Of a stretch of 47,684 bases of DNA, positions 1 through 11,742 are shown in pieces; the stretch's first letter is position 1, and each line of letters opens with the position of its first letter. Position numbers and translations under genes: made by a program. Source of the stretch: Tortispora ganteri (taxonomy: Eukaryota); the NCBI GenBank assembly GCA_003707115.1, contig PPNB01000001.1, forward strand, positions 744,001 to 791,684. Reading direction: 5' to 3'. The notes beneath the pieces were generated by a model. That model had not been told where the DNA came from. It did no database searches and saw only the letters and a program-made list of their open reading frames with translations.

Positions 1-207
1 CGGAAGCCTGACGTCCAGAGAGGTCGAAGAAATAGGGGGTAGCAATGCGCTTGCGGAGGAAGCCAAACCAACTGATGAGCTTGTTCCAGTTGTAGAGGTG
101 GAAGACATTGATTCTTCACGCTCATGTGAGGAAAACGGTCGTTCTTGTCTCGCAGATGGAGATAAAGAATAATGCAAGTTAGAAGGATTAGCAACAAAGC
201 TCTTCAT
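1..207 (-). CDS. Partial CDS (N-terminus; runs off the left end), Ser/Thr-rich, possibly a transcription factor or other regulator
   Basis: Manual translation from ATG at 207: MKSFVANPSNLHYSLSPSARQERPFSSHEREESMSSTSTTGTSSSVGLASSASALLPPISSTSLDVRLP, open to the edge. LPPI/RLP motifs and the long upstream region are typical of fungal regulators. Not in the ORF track. Confidence 0.65.
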   Translation of the reverse strand, partial: MKSFVANPSNLHYSLSPSARQERPFSSHEREESMSSTSTTGTSSSVGLASSASALLPPISSTSLDVRLP

Positions 208-321
208 AAACGGTTGAGGTCGAGAAATGCAGAAATGAGAGTTTGAGTGATTTTTATTTTGGTTCTGCAGTTATGTATATATAATTGCTAGAAAAAAATA
301 TTGCAGAATTTAAGATATACA

Positions 322-1243
322 CTGAATATGTTAGTAATGAAGCGGAAGAGAATGGAAGATCGAGGATCGAGGTTCTAGTCAAGTATTGCGAAAAGTAGCC
401 GAGTGATGATAGTGAAAGAGATTCAATTTGCGTCTGCGGGGAATGTAGAAAACAAAATAGGGAATTTATTTCGAGCAAAAGATGTTATGCAACTTAAAAT
501 CAAATAAAAACGAAAGGTGAAATGTGGAAGACTAGAAGAGTGATAAAGAGACAGGGGAAATGTGTCGCAGATATTCGTTACGAAGTCGAAAACCTTAAAA
601 TTCGTGTGGTTCCAGAACCCAGGATAGACGGGTGCTAACCCTAGGGAAACAATATGAGCGGAAATAGTGAAAATGGAGCGCACGGGCCTCGCAAAAAATA
701 GCTCTGCAAATAACAATTATTATTGAAGAGAATAGAGCTGAGGTCAGTGCTAGCGATAGAAGGAGGAAGTCGCTGTTGCGCGGTGAGTTGGTGATTAGTG
801 AAGCGAGTGGGAATCCAGGATCGAAAGGTTTGACCTTCCGGTTGGAGCAAAGCAAAAAATGATGAAGCGGCCTGGCACTAAGCTGTAAGGCTAAAAATTT
901 TTGGCTATATAATTGCAGTAGCAGATAGAAAAGCAGTGTATATATTTTCTGGTCGTTCAGGTTGAAGAAAATAGCACGAGAGGCAGTTAGAGGAGTTATA
1001 GATATGGAGCTGGCCGGAGAAATGAGGAGAAGGCGGCAGAGGCCAGCGAGAAACGAAGAGTGCAAAGAAGAGAGCTGAATTAAGCGTAAACCAGCGTCGA
1101 AAAAGCCGAAAGTAATCTGCAAAACAGATACTAGTTAGAGGAATTGAAAAAAGACAACACTTGACTAGAATAGCGACAGGTGGATGTAAAAGGCCTGCAA
1201 AGGTGGAATAGAACCTCAAAATGACAGAGAAAAAATGACTTAC
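322..1243 (-). other. Putative spliceosomal intron in the 5' UTR of the left-edge gene
   Basis: Minus strand: AAG|GTAAGT donor at 1243, perfect TACTAAC branch point at 336-330, CAG acceptor ending at 322. The body is pyrimidine-rich. Confidence 0.5.
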
Positions 1244-2840
1244 CTTTAACTGAGCGGATTTAATTGTAATTGTGTCCCCAAAGAAGAAAAGCTAGAATGT
1301 TGACAAGTACGTATGAGTAAAATGGAGATAGAATAAACGTAGCAAAAGCAAAGAAGCAGGTCTTAAGGGAAACTGACCTTTAGTGCAAATAGACGTATAT
1401 ATAACAGGAAAGAAAAGGTGTAATCTGAAGCCTTTGGTTGGAAACCTTAAATGATATATTAAAGTTCATATTTTTTGTTTCTGAAATCGGCAAGAAGGTG
1501 AAAGGGGGTTTGGTATGAGAGTTGTCTGTGGTGTTGCAGACTTCATTTTTGTCTGAACTAAAATTTAAATGTCTATTTAAAAAGTTATTAGTGTAAACAG
1601 TATATAGAATATTATACATTCCGGAACTAAAACGCCTGCAAGGCTGGTGGAAGCACAGATGCAAAAGGATCTTTTCATTGATTTAGAGTTCATCCGGTGA
1701 GGAATAAGGTTTCATAAGTGCACCAACAAATAGGGAATTCACCTATATTTTGTCTTGAATATTTGACAAACAAGGAGTTTACATGTGTGAAATTTGATCG
1801 ATTTATTTATATTTTATGCAAAATGTGCGGAGCTGAGTTTCCGAATGTACTGATGAGATTTCTGGGTGACGGAACGAGCGGTGGTATCAAGAATGAGGCC
1901 TGTACGCCTATGGGCTGCACAAAACTTGATGAAACTGTATGCGTATTCTTAAATATCTCTTCATGTTTGAAAAACAATAAGCAATATTCTAATTGAGTAC
2001 ATGCAATTAAAAGAACACTGTCTTCGTACATGAAATATAATATTGCTGGAGCACGGCGAATGCGTCACTATGCAAAACTCTATTCTGACTAAGCCTCTGC
2101 TCTATCTAAAGTACTTCTCGCGTCTAGTGATAATAATGCAGGATCTATGCGAAAACGGGTCAATAATACTGCGAATCGACTACTTTACTATCTTATTAAT
2201 GCGAAATTCGCTAAATCTGATGTCGCAGCACATGGTGCACGGTCATGCATGGTATATGCACCCGTTCTACCTAATCATTCCGGCAACACAAAAACCAGTA
2301 CCCTCGATAGCACGTTAGTCTACTTTATTTTCAATTTACCTAATTCAGACTTAAATTAGTTTTACCTTTTCCTCTTGTAGTCCTATGATGAAAATGTCTC
2401 TTTCGAATCCTATTTTCGGCTGCCTCGCAACCCTCATGTTCGGCTTACCCTGTCAGCCCTAACTCGCCCAGGTCCCATTCACGACTGCGACCTACACTCT
2501 TATTGCAACATTATAAAAACCAGTAGATACGCTTTTCACATACATTCCAGCTGTTACCACCTTCGACATCGCCCTTACAGTTGACATGCATACTCCGCCG
2601 CGCTATCAAACCTATATTTACATTGTATCCTTATACGGCAACTACACGTATAGTCAACGCGTGTCACGGTCGCAAACTCCCAATAACCTCTTGTTCATCG
2701 TTACCCGGCTTTCAGCTCACTAATCAAAAACTTAATTTTCTTTTCAATTTCTCGCTCATTCACATTCAGCGTTCAACGACCAATATTTCTTCTTCTTCTT
2801 CTTCGCTGTACTCTTCTTTGTACGTGTGCTTTCCTTTGTC

Positions 2841-5800
2841 ATGCCTTCGTCTGCACTGCTGAATAAGGTTGATGACGGGTTTGAACCACTCACAAAGCCC
2901 TTTTATAAAGGCAAACACCTTACTGATCGCATTGATACTGCAAAAGACAAGTGGGAACTCGTACCTGCATTCTTGAAAGCAAAAGGTCTCGTAAAACAAC
3001 ATCTGGATTCATTCAACTACTTTGTTGAACAAGATCTTAAGAAAATTGTTAAAGCCAACGAAAAAGTGCTTTCGGACGTCGATCCACAGTTCTACTTGCG
3101 CTACTTAGACATATACGTGGGCATGCCTCAGCGAAAAGACCCGCACGCTGTCAATGTAGATATCACACCACACGAATGCCGTCTGAGAGATTTGACATAC
3201 GCAGCGCCTATTTTTGTCGACGTAGAATACACAAGAGGTAGAAGGAAAGTGCTTCATAAAGGCCTCGAAATAGGGAGAATGCCTATAATGTTGCGCTCAA
3301 ATCGCTGCGTCTTGAAAGGCAAATCTGAAAAGGAAATGGCTGATCTTCAAGAATGTCCATTAGATCCTGGTGGATATTTCATTGTCAACGGTACTGAAAA
3401 GGTAATCCTCATTCAGGAACAACTCACGAAGAATCGTATAATCGTCGAAGCAGACGAGAAAAAAGGAATTTTCCAAGCTTCTGTCACGTCCTCAACGCAC
3501 GAGCGCAAGTCTAAAACATACGTCTTGAACAAGGCTCCCTCTTCCTATTCAGCTTCGCATAATACTCCTAGCACAAAGCTCTACCTCAAACATAATTCTA
3601 TTGCAGAAGATATACCTATAGTAATCGCCTTGAAGGCTATGGGAATTGCAACTGATAAGGAATGCATGGAGCTCATATGTGGGTCTGACACTCAATTACA
3701 GGAAATGTTCGCTGTTAATTTTGAAGATCCCGCAAAACTCGGAATATTTACACAATACCAGGCTCTCGAATATATTGGATCAAAAGTAAAAACCAGCCGC
3801 CGTCCAATGGCCCCAAAATTGTCTGCCGTCCAGGAAGGTATAGAATCTATGGCCAATATCGTGATTGGACATATCTCGGTCGACGACCTCGATTTCCACA
3901 CGAAGGCAGTATACACGGCGTTAATGGCTCGTCGAGTATTCTCCGCTATGGCTGACTCTACTCTTATTGATGATCGCGACTATCTTGGAAACAAGCGTCT
4001 GGAGCTGGCAGGACAACTACTATCGCTGCTATTCGAAGATCTGTTCAAAAAGTTCAATTCAGATTTCAAAGACAATATTGATAAAGTTCTCCGGAAACCA
4101 AACAGAACTAATGAATTTGACGCCCTTTTGTCAATCACAATCCATTCAAATAATATCACAACTGGAATGAACCGCGCTATATCCACTGGCAACTGGTCCT
4201 TGAAACGTTTTAAAATGGAGAGAGCAGGTGTAACTCATGTTTTGTCAAGACTCAGCTACTTGTCGGCGCTCGGAATGATGACAAGAATATCCAGTCAGTT
4301 TGAAAAGACAAGGAAAGTATCCGGCCCACGCTCTCTGCAGCCTTCTCAATTTGGCATGCTCTGTCCGTCAGATACACCGGAAGGTGAAGCTTGTGGTTTA
4401 GTAAAAAATCTCGCATTGATGACGCATATTACTACAGATGTCGATGAAGAGCCAATTATGGAACTTATTGACTATTTGGGTGGTGAGCCTATTGGTTATC
4501 TTTCCGGTCTCGAAATCCATGCTAAAGGAAGTTATGGTATTTTAGTTAACGGAACCCTTGTTGCAGTCACAAAGAACAAACCGGGATTTGTCTCAAAATT
4601 TAGAAATATGAGACGCAAGGGTCTCATTTCTGCGTTCATATCCATCCACTCTAACGACAAAACTCAAAGCATTAACATTGCTACAGATGGCGGCAGAATT
4701 TGTCGCCCCTTAATTATAGTGACAAAAGGGGTTCCTCATTTATCTGAACAGCATATACAGGGCTTGCGTGATGGCACTTATGATTTTGATCATTTGTTAG
4801 CTACTGGAATTGTTGAATACCTGGATGTAAACGAGGAAAACGATGCACAGATCGCCTTAAATTTAACGGATGTTCAGCAGGATGTTACACATCTGGAAAT
4901 AGAGCCATTCACTATATTGGGTGCAGTAGCAGGTGTGATTCCTTATCCTCACCACAACCAGAGTCCTCGTAATACTTATCAATGTGCGATGGGTAAACAG
5001 GCGATTGGAACTATTGGATATAATCAGCAGCTGCGCATTGATACTTTGCTCTATTTAATGGTTTATCCTCAGAAACCTTTAGTAAAGAGCAAAACAATTG
5101 AGCTAATAGGGTATGATCGCCTCCCTGCAGGCCAGAATGCAACTGTCGCAGTGATGTCCTACTCCGGATATGATATAGAAGATGCATTGGTACTCAACAA
5201 AGCCTCTCTCGATCGAGGTTACGGCAGATGCCAAGTAATGCGGAAAAACACTACCACCCTTAAGCGATACCCCAATTCAACTTTTGACAGACTTGATGGT
5301 GTTCGGGTTGGTTCTGACGGTAATCCTATATTTCAACACTCTGTACTTGAATCGGATGGTTTGCCTGCGGTAGGAGATTTTGTTGAAGCTGGTATGGTTT
5401 ATGTGAATAAGCAGGTTCCACTTAATACTGGTGATCAAATCAATCCCGAAACTAGTCATAACCGTGCCGGCGGAGCTGGAGAGTATAGAGATGCACCAGT
5501 TTATTACAAAACTCCAGTACCTAGCATTATTGACAAAGTCATGCTCAGCTCTTCTGAATCTGAACAGTCTCTAATCAAAGTGCTCCTCCGACAAACTAGA
5601 AGACCTGAAATTGGTGACAAGTTCTCTTCCAGACATGGTCAAAAAGGTGTATGCGGTATTATTGTACCTCAGGCTGATATGCCCTTCAATGACCAGGGAA
5701 TATGCCCCGATATCATCATGAACCCACACGGCTTTCCTTCTAGAATGACAGTAGGAAAGATGATAGAGCTTATATCTGGGAAAGCCGGCGTGTTGAATGG

Positions 5801-6335
5801 CACCCTTGAATATGGTACTGCATTTGGAGGGTCCAAGTTAGACGATATGACTGAAATCCTAGTAAAGCACGGCTTTTCATATTCTGGTAAAGATATGCTT
5901 TACTCTGGAGAGACCGGCGAGCCGTTAGAGGTTTATGTATTCTTTGGACCAATCTATTACCAGAAACTGAAGCATATGGTCATGGACAAAATGCACGCAC
6001 GACCTCGAGGACCTAGAGCGGTGCTTACTCGACAGCCGACAGAAGGAAGGTCTCGCGATGGTGGACTACGATTAGGTGAAATGGAGCGCGATTGTTTGAT
6101 TGCGTATGGCGCATCGCAGCTTCTGCTAGAAAGACTTATGTGGTCATCTGATGCATTCGAAGTCGATGTATGTCGACAATGTGGGCTTATGGGATATTCT
6201 GGTTGGTGCAGTATGTGTCAGAGCCATAAAGATATGGTGAAAATGAATATTCCGTACGCTGCAAAATTGCTGTTTCAAGAACTTCTTTCAATGAATATTG
6301 CGACACGGTTTACTTTAACTGATGTTTTCCAATGA
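2841..6335 (+). CDS. RET1: RNA polymerase III second-largest subunit (C128)
   Basis: [43 protein letters not shown] and [11 protein letters not shown] motifs plus C-terminal Zn ribbon; N-terminus is Pol III type. First ATG at 2841 (the track used a GTG). Confidence 0.97.
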   Translation: MPSSALLNKVDDGFEPLTKPFYKGKHLTDRIDTAKDKWELVPAFLKAKGLVKQHLDSFNYFVEQDLKKIVKANEKVLSDVDPQFYLRYLDIYVGMPQRKDPHAVNVDITPHECRLRDLTYAAPIFVDVEYTRGRRKVLHKGLEIGRMPIMLRSNRCVLKGKSEKEMADLQECPLDPGGYFIVNGTEKVILIQEQLTKNRIIVEADEKKGIFQASVTSSTHERKSKTYVLNKAPSSYSASHNTPSTKLYLKHNSIAEDIPIVIALKAMGIATDKECMELICGSDTQLQEMFAVNFEDPAKLGIFTQYQALEYIGSKVKTSRRPMAPKLSAVQEGIESMANIVIGHISVDDLDFHTKAVYTALMARRVFSAMADSTLIDDRDYLGNKRLELAGQLLSLLFEDLFKKFNSDFKDNIDKVLRKPNRTNEFDALLSITIHSNNITTGMNRAISTGNWSLKRFKMERAGVTHVLSRLSYLSALGMMTRISSQFEKTRKVSGPRSLQPSQFGMLCPSDTPEGEACGLVKNLALMTHITTDVDEEPIMELIDYLGGEPIGYLSGLEIHAKGSYGILVNGTLVAVTKNKPGFVSKFRNMRRKGLISAFISIHSNDKTQSINIATDGGRICRPLIIVTKGVPHLSEQHIQGLRDGTYDFDHLLATGIVEYLDVNEENDAQIALNLTDVQQDVTHLEIEPFTILGAVAGVIPYPHHNQSPRNTYQCAMGKQAIGTIGYNQQLRIDTLLYLMVYPQKPLVKSKTIELIGYDRLPAGQNATVAVMSYSGYDIEDALVLNKASLDRGYGRCQVMRKNTTTLKRYPNSTFDRLDGVRVGSDGNPIFQHSVLESDGLPAVGDFVEAGMVYVNKQVPLNTGDQINPETSHNRAGGAGEYRDAPVYYKTPVPSIIDKVMLSSSESEQSLIKVLLRQTRRPEIGDKFSSRHGQKGVCGIIVPQADMPFNDQGICPDIIMNPHGFPSRMTVGKMIELISGKAGVLNGTLEYGTAFGGSKLDDMTEILVKHGFSYSGKDMLYSGETGEPLEVYVFFGPIYYQKLKHMVMDKMHARPRGPRAVLTRQPTEGRSRDGGLRLGEMERDCLIAYGASQLLLERLMWSSDAFEVDVCRQCGLMGYSGWCSMCQSHKDMVKMNIPYAAKLLFQELLSMNIATRFTLTDVFQ

Positions 6336-6512
6336 TTGTTCCAATGAGATATATGCATGCATGAATTGATGAATGATAGTATCGCGAAACTGCTACGCAT
6401 ATAGTTGCTTTAAAGTGGTAAGGATACAAATTATCCTAGTAAGGTCTCTTACTTAGAAATAGCCACGACACATGATTGTGTAGTGAGCCCAAATTAATCT
6501 TTTTTGTAGAAA

Positions 6513-8516
6513 ATGACCTCTAAAGTAGGATTGTTGGCCGTTGACTCTTATAGGAAGAAGAAAACATTGGAACATGTAGGCAGTGTTATTGGTGCTGTGG
6601 ATGATACGCCATCTGACGAAGTTTTTGATTGCTGTAAAAATCCTGTAAGACTGAAAAATATGGCGCATGTATTTGGACCTTTGAATACCAACACATTTCT
6701 GATGAACTGGCTTGATTCATCTGCGGGTCTGCCAGTATGGACGTATCCTTATGCACTAAGATGGTTTAGTGAAGGTAAAGGAGGAATAGCCATTGATATT
6801 CCCTGTATTAGTGCCAAAAAATTGAATATAATGCTGTTGAAATGCAAGAAACAACCGGAAGAACAGACACATGCGTTCAGAGAAGGTGAAATTGTGCTAT
6901 CGGCAAGAGAGTTCGAAGAAGGAACAGTGCTTCAGATCGATGAAGTAAAAGATCACGCAGCAAAAGTGAAGTTGATACCCAGCAACATAGATAAGCGAGG
7001 ATTTATGGCCATGGATCTAGTGCAAGGTATGGGTTACATCACAGCACTGTATAAAAGTCTTACCCCTGTCGTGCGGGTGCCTGGTGGTATATATGCCGTT
7101 GAGAAGCAGCCCGACAAAGTAATTGGTGCAACTAAACTGATAATCAAGACAGTTGAGTACGGATATTGGGTGCTCTTTGTAATTGCAAACAATTGCGGCA
7201 CAAACGTAGAAATACGTTCAGTGTCATACAACGAGATAGTCCTTGACAGCAGCGGAGAGCTTTGCACGTTGCAGCTTGCTCGATACTGTACTGAATTCGA
7301 TGCTCTATACAACTTAACAGCTGGATGTTATGCGAGAAATGCGTATGTAACAGCCGAAGCCAATGAAGGAGTCGGGTTCTACCAGATCAGATACGATATC
7401 GGGTTGGTCTGTGCCAGAAGCGCGCAGCTACTAATATTTGCGCATCAGCATCAGGTAGAACATTTCACTAAGAATAAGAACACTGAGGCGACAGTAACTA
7501 ACCTGCAGATCGCCTCAATGAAAGGCTATATGATTGCTGTAGTCGGGAACCGGCTTGATTTTCGAGTTGAGCTACCGACAAGGTTGTCGTTTGACTGTAT
7601 CTTTAGCGACATTGAAAGCACGGTAACAATACCAGTGACACACGAAGAAAAGGTGCTTCTGCGGAAACTAGTCAGAGAGGAGACAGCTGAACCATTGAAA
7701 TATAAGTTAAGAAAACCTGGCAGTAGTTTGGCTAGCGATGGTGTGGCTTTGGTAGAATACGCGAACCATGCAGTGATCGCGCGAATAGTGCTGGCGGATA
7801 GCCGGCTAACTGCTATTCTGCTTGAACAGCTAAAGATGGAGATAGCGCACTTGATATCAAAAGACGGACACTATGCGATGGCATATGATAGCGATTTTAA
7901 AGGACTAATACCAGCTGTAGGCGGTCATGGTGGATACAAGGAGAGCCGACATTACAGCGATCGGACGAAAGAGTTTGGCAGTATTATATATGCGTGCGCT
8001 GCGGTGGCATTTGTGGACCGGAGTCTTGGAGGCCGTTGGGGGTCTAGAAATCGTCGAGCGGTAAATATGTTTGTGCGAGACGTATTCAGCATGGAAGATG
8101 AGCCTGTGTGGTTTCCGAGGTCTCGATGTTTTGACTGGTTCAGTGGGCATTCGTGGTCTAGTGGGATCGGCGAGCACTTGTACGGACGGCGTGCAAGCAA
8201 CGTCGAAGACGATGCGCTTTTACTGTTCGGCATTAAGTCTTGGGCACGAGTAACTGGCGATGAGCTGATAGAGCTACAGGCTGCGCTGGCGCTGGGGGTG
8301 CTGAAGGAGGCGCGCAAGGACAACTGGAGGATGGAATTCGCAGAGGGTAAGATTGTGTATATCCATGACAGATGCCGTATATCTAATTTAAGTACCGCAT
8401 TACTATGGGTATTGTGGGAAGAGAAAGAGTTTTTGCTGAAACAAAGAAGAGATTCGTGGGGAGTTGTAATGGCAGCTGTGGCCAAGAGGGCTGCTCGCCT
8501 TATAGACGGTTCCTAA
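6513..8516 (+). CDS. Divergent GH81 endo-1,3-beta-glucanase-like protein (Acf2/Eng2 family), catalytic motifs degenerate
   Basis: PLNTNTF..N, PVWTYPY, MDLVQGMGYITALY and FPRSRCFDWFSGHSWSSGI match GH81 motifs; no signal peptide. Confidence 0.8.
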   Translation: MTSKVGLLAVDSYRKKKTLEHVGSVIGAVDDTPSDEVFDCCKNPVRLKNMAHVFGPLNTNTFLMNWLDSSAGLPVWTYPYALRWFSEGKGGIAIDIPCISAKKLNIMLLKCKKQPEEQTHAFREGEIVLSAREFEEGTVLQIDEVKDHAAKVKLIPSNIDKRGFMAMDLVQGMGYITALYKSLTPVVRVPGGIYAVEKQPDKVIGATKLIIKTVEYGYWVLFVIANNCGTNVEIRSVSYNEIVLDSSGELCTLQLARYCTEFDALYNLTAGCYARNAYVTAEANEGVGFYQIRYDIGLVCARSAQLLIFAHQHQVEHFTKNKNTEATVTNLQIASMKGYMIAVVGNRLDFRVELPTRLSFDCIFSDIESTVTIPVTHEEKVLLRKLVREETAEPLKYKLRKPGSSLASDGVALVEYANHAVIARIVLADSRLTAILLEQLKMEIAHLISKDGHYAMAYDSDFKGLIPAVGGHGGYKESRHYSDRTKEFGSIIYACAAVAFVDRSLGGRWGSRNRRAVNMFVRDVFSMEDEPVWFPRSRCFDWFSGHSWSSGIGEHLYGRRASNVEDDALLLFGIKSWARVTGDELIELQAALALGVLKEARKDNWRMEFAEGKIVYIHDRCRISNLSTALLWVLWEEKEFLLKQRRDSWGVVMAAVAKRAARLIDGS

Positions 8517-8524
8517 CTTTCGAC

Positions 8525-9103
8525 ATGATTTGGTTGTTGTTGGTAGTTTTTCAGGTTGTAGCATTTCAGATTACTGGCCAAATAAAAGAAGAGTATCCAG
8601 CAAATAATATTATAGAAGTGCGATTGAATTCTGTCAATAAGCGGTATGTTGGCGGACTCAAGAAAGATGGTGTATTCGAAATCGAAGTTGACCCCGGTGT
8701 TTACTCACTTCATATTTTAAGCACTACGCACAAGTATCCGCTAGTTAAAGTCAATGTTAGCGAATTTGATGAGATAAATTGTCAAATAATGGAAATAGAT
8801 GTGCCATTTAATGAATCAGGCATTCCTGTGGCATACCCTCTTCAACTACATTCGACTAGTTGTCTTATATGTAAAGATGACGGCAATTCTTCATTCTCAA
8901 TATGGGGACTCATCAAGAACCCGGCTGTTTTTATGATAGTCACTTCGTTAGGATTTATTTACGCAATTCCAAAACTTAACAAATTTACTGCCGATCTCAA
9001 TAAAGAGCTCGAACAAGCTGCCCGCGATAATCCTCCAGCAGCTAAACCCGTGGAGAAAAGGCAAGAAAAACTACAACAGAAGAAATTAAAAAAGAGGAAA
9101 TAA
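8525..9103 (+). CDS. ER membrane complex subunit 7 (EMC7/Sop4)-like
   Basis: Signal peptide MIWLLLVVFQVVA, beta-sandwich with DGVF..V.PG.Y.L, LIKNP-hydrophobic helix-PKL, basic tail. ATG at 8525. Confidence 0.75.
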   Translation: MIWLLLVVFQVVAFQITGQIKEEYPANNIIEVRLNSVNKRYVGGLKKDGVFEIEVDPGVYSLHILSTTHKYPLVKVNVSEFDEINCQIMEIDVPFNESGIPVAYPLQLHSTSCLICKDDGNSSFSIWGLIKNPAVFMIVTSLGFIYAIPKLNKFTADLNKELEQAARDNPPAAKPVEKRQEKLQQKKLKKRK

Positions 9104-9131
9104 GCTGTAAAGTTATCTTAATAGAGAACAT

Positions 9132-10574
9132 CTAAAATTTAAATTTCTTCTTATTTTGTTTCTTCCTCGGTGGCGGAACAGGTGTGTCCTCTTTTGTGTT
9201 ATCATTTGTCAGCATTTCTTCCGTCTCCAGATTGGACCGCTTGCTAGGCAGCTCATATTTCTTGTCTACCAACCCTTGAATTTCCGTTTTCTTCTCTTCG
9301 AGAACTTCGTATAAATTGTGTTTTGGCACTGCCGACATTACAGGTGATGGTGATTTAGTATTCCTGACAGGTACCTCTCGTTGCAGTTCCTCAGCGGTCG
9401 GGACAAGTATTGGTTCGGGCTCTGTATTCACTGCAGATACAGGTTTGACAGTATTCACGACTCCCGGTAAATCTGTTATACTATCATCGTCATTCTTACT
9501 CGCACCATCTTCTTCCTCTCCATCTTCGTCCTCATCATCATCGTCTTCGTCCTCGTCCGAGTATTCGATACTCGCAATCCCCCATTTCGGCAGTCTAGCT
9601 GTTTGAGCCGGTGTCGATACAGGTCCTTGCGCGAGCACTTCAGGATAGAGAGGCTTGTTCTGTGAATCTACCGGCGGTCGACCAAATTGACCAGGGTCGA
9701 ATCCCCATTGCGCGCCAGCTGGTATCGGTGCATTTATTCCGCGCACCTTGAGACCGGGATATGAAGGTGGCAGTCCTATCTGCTGCATTTTGTATAGCCA
9801 TGGTAAAGGATCGTTCGGACCTATTTGTAAAGCATTGTATAACTCATTAGAAATGACGCCCGGTTGGTACTGTCTTGCGTCAGAATGTGATTCCTTGCCC
9901 TCATAATAGATGTCACCGTATGTTGTCAGTTTAGGACGTGTCTGAAATTTAAAGAAAGCTGCATGTAGTTTGTGATAGTCAATATCTAATTTACCTAATT
10001 TGGGTTGTACGCGGTCGCGCATTTGCTGCTGTAAAGTTGAGTCTGCAGCGTCAACATCTCGCATTTCAGCAATACCTGTATCGGCAATAAACTTGGGCAA
10101 CCGATAGGATGATCGTTCTAAGCCTTTTTTTGAAGATAAATAAGCCTTTTTAGATTTCCAGTGAGCCGGAACAGGTGCAACGTTCTTGTAAGTTTTGATA
10201 TGAACAAGTAGGACCGGGTCTGCAGCGTCAGCATCAAACCATTCAACTTGTTCCGGATATGTGGTATATTTCTTTAACTCAACTAAAGCCATTTTAGGTT
10301 TCCTTTTAACCTGTGGCAAAGGTTCCTCTTGAACAACTGATCTGGTATCAGAATCTGTATCTTCAGGTGCAGCAGGCTGTAACTTGGATACAACAGATGA
10401 GTACAAGTCCATAAGAGAGTCTGTGATTTCAGGATTCAGCAAAGATTCAAGGTCATGTTTGGGTAAATGTTTACTTATTTGTTCCTTATGTACTTGTTCA
10501 AGTTTAAGTGCATTATGTTCTTTTAGTTCTTTTAAACGTTTACGTCTTGCTTGATTTTTGGTCAACTTCACCAT
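9132..10574 (-). CDS. CUS1: U2 snRNP SF3b subunit Cus1/SF3B2
   Basis: VEWFDADAADP, PVPAHW..K..YL, RVQPKLGKLDIDYHKLH.AFFKFQ and the PSP domain PPSYPGLK..GINAPIP. Confidence 0.93.
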   Translation of the reverse strand: MVKLTKNQARRKRLKELKEHNALKLEQVHKEQISKHLPKHDLESLLNPEITDSLMDLYSSVVSKLQPAAPEDTDSDTRSVVQEEPLPQVKRKPKMALVELKKYTTYPEQVEWFDADAADPVLLVHIKTYKNVAPVPAHWKSKKAYLSSKKGLERSSYRLPKFIADTGIAEMRDVDAADSTLQQQMRDRVQPKLGKLDIDYHKLHAAFFKFQTRPKLTTYGDIYYEGKESHSDARQYQPGVISNELYNALQIGPNDPLPWLYKMQQIGLPPSYPGLKVRGINAPIPAGAQWGFDPGQFGRPPVDSQNKPLYPEVLAQGPVSTPAQTARLPKWGIASIEYSDEDEDDDDEDEDGEEEDGASKNDDDSITDLPGVVNTVKPVSAVNTEPEPILVPTAEELQREVPVRNTKSPSPVMSAVPKHNLYEVLEEKKTEIQGLVDKKYELPSKRSNLETEEMLTNDNTKEDTPVPPPRKKQNKKKFKF

Positions 10575-10668
10575 TGTGAGATGAAGTCTAAAACTGGGAG
10601 AACTTTTTGAACCAATCAGGCTAGCTACTTAACTTTACTAACACGTTGGCACTACTCTACCAATTACC

Positions 10669-11742
10669 ATGAGCGAATCAAAATCATCGGTAGTTGAGTC
10701 TTTGTCACGAAGACGTGGTTCAAGCGTGTCAGAAATCACACATCAGATAAAAGATTTAGCTCCACCAGTATCACCAAAAATCGTGATACTATGTTTAGCG
10801 TGGTGCGCCTGCTCAGCCTTTTCAAATACTCTAAACAAATCAATACTCAACTTATTTCCTTATCCTATTACTTTAACAGAACTCCAGTTCTTGTTTATTG
10901 TTATATGCGCATTATTCACGCGTATTTTGCATAGAATACCCTGGTTTGGATCCATTGCTACCGTTGACTTAACTGGTCCTAGATCACTCTTCAGCACTAC
11001 GCAATCATGGCTAAAATATGTAACAAGAAGAACTGCTATTCTTGCTGTTTTCCAACTATCCGGTCACATATTTTCACACAAGGCCACTTCTCTCATAGAC
11101 GTATCTCTCGTGCATACTATCAAAGGATCTACGCCACTCTTCGCCGTTATTGCAGCACGTATTTTCCTAGGTTCGACCTTCTCAGCCGCAACCTACTGGT
11201 CTCTTTTGCCCTTAACAATAGGTGTCATGATGACATGTTCCGATAACTTATCTGGAAACCTCATTGGAATACTGTGGGCGCTCACAGGAACTATTGTTTT
11301 TGTTGGTCAAAATCTTTACTCCAAAAAGCTAGTCACTGTTGATCCAAATGCGATTATGGGTGAGTACAAGATGGATAAAGTCACACTACTATTCTTTACA
11401 TCAATTTATGCATTTCTGTTCTCAATACCGGTTTGGTTGTCCATCGAAGGTCGCGGTCTGTACACTTACAGTAAAGAGAATACCGTCCCACGAAACGAAC
11501 TGCTCATCCTCTTCATTTTAAACGGTGTTTCTCACTTCGGACAATCATTACTGGCTTTCCAGCTCTTGGGTCTTGTTTCCACTGTGACATACTCTGTCGC
11601 TTCACTAATCAAGCGTATTCTGGTAATTGTGGTAGCCATTGTTTGGTTTGGAAGGCCAGTGTCTTTTATACAAGGTGCAGGCATATGTTTGTCATTTGTT
11701 GGCCTCTACTTGTACGATAGAGTTGGTACTAAGCATCATTAA
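10669..11742 (+). CDS. SLY41: Triose-phosphate/nucleotide-sugar transporter family protein (Sly41-like)
   Basis: Multiple TM helices; FPYPITLT..QF, VSLVHTIK..P.F.V and VTYSVASLIKR motifs. Confidence 0.8.
   Translation: MSESKSSVVESLSRRRGSSVSEITHQIKDLAPPVSPKIVILCLAWCACSAFSNTLNKSILNLFPYPITLTELQFLFIVICALFTRILHRIPWFGSIATVDLTGPRSLFSTTQSWLKYVTRRTAILAVFQLSGHIFSHKATSLIDVSLVHTIKGSTPLFAVIAARIFLGSTFSAATYWSLLPLTIGVMMTCSDNLSGNLIGILWALTGTIVFVGQNLYSKKLVTVDPNAIMGEYKMDKVTLLFFTSIYAFLFSIPVWLSIEGRGLYTYSKENTVPRNELLILFILNGVSHFGQSLLAFQLLGLVSTVTYSVASLIKRILVIVVAIVWFGRPVSFIQGAGICLSFVGLYLYDRVGTKHH

Noticed and set aside
635..646. CTAACCCTAG telomere or telomerase-template-like word (also CCCTAACCCT near 40953)
   Set aside because: Single short matches with no array or supporting RNA structure; at most Tbf1-type sites.
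2386..2420. ATGATGA (C box-like) followed by TTCGAATCC (B box-like)
   Set aside because: No D box at a suitable distance and no cloverleaf or A box; neither a snoRNA nor a tRNA can be supported.
254..2862. Many 60-175 aa ORFs between the left-edge gene and RET1
   Set aside because: Leu/Phe/Ser-rich translations of low-complexity leader and promoter DNA, mostly non-ATG starts, with no recognisable motifs.
7952..8485. Long antisense ORFs (also 20109-20582, 22334-22813, 28102-28716)
   Set aside because: Shadow frames of real genes; no independent coding signal.
8405..8524. ORF-track N-terminal extensions (EMC7-like, IST1, amidase 2, MSH6, RET1)
   Set aside because: Homology, signal peptide or paralogue alignment begins at downstream ATGs.
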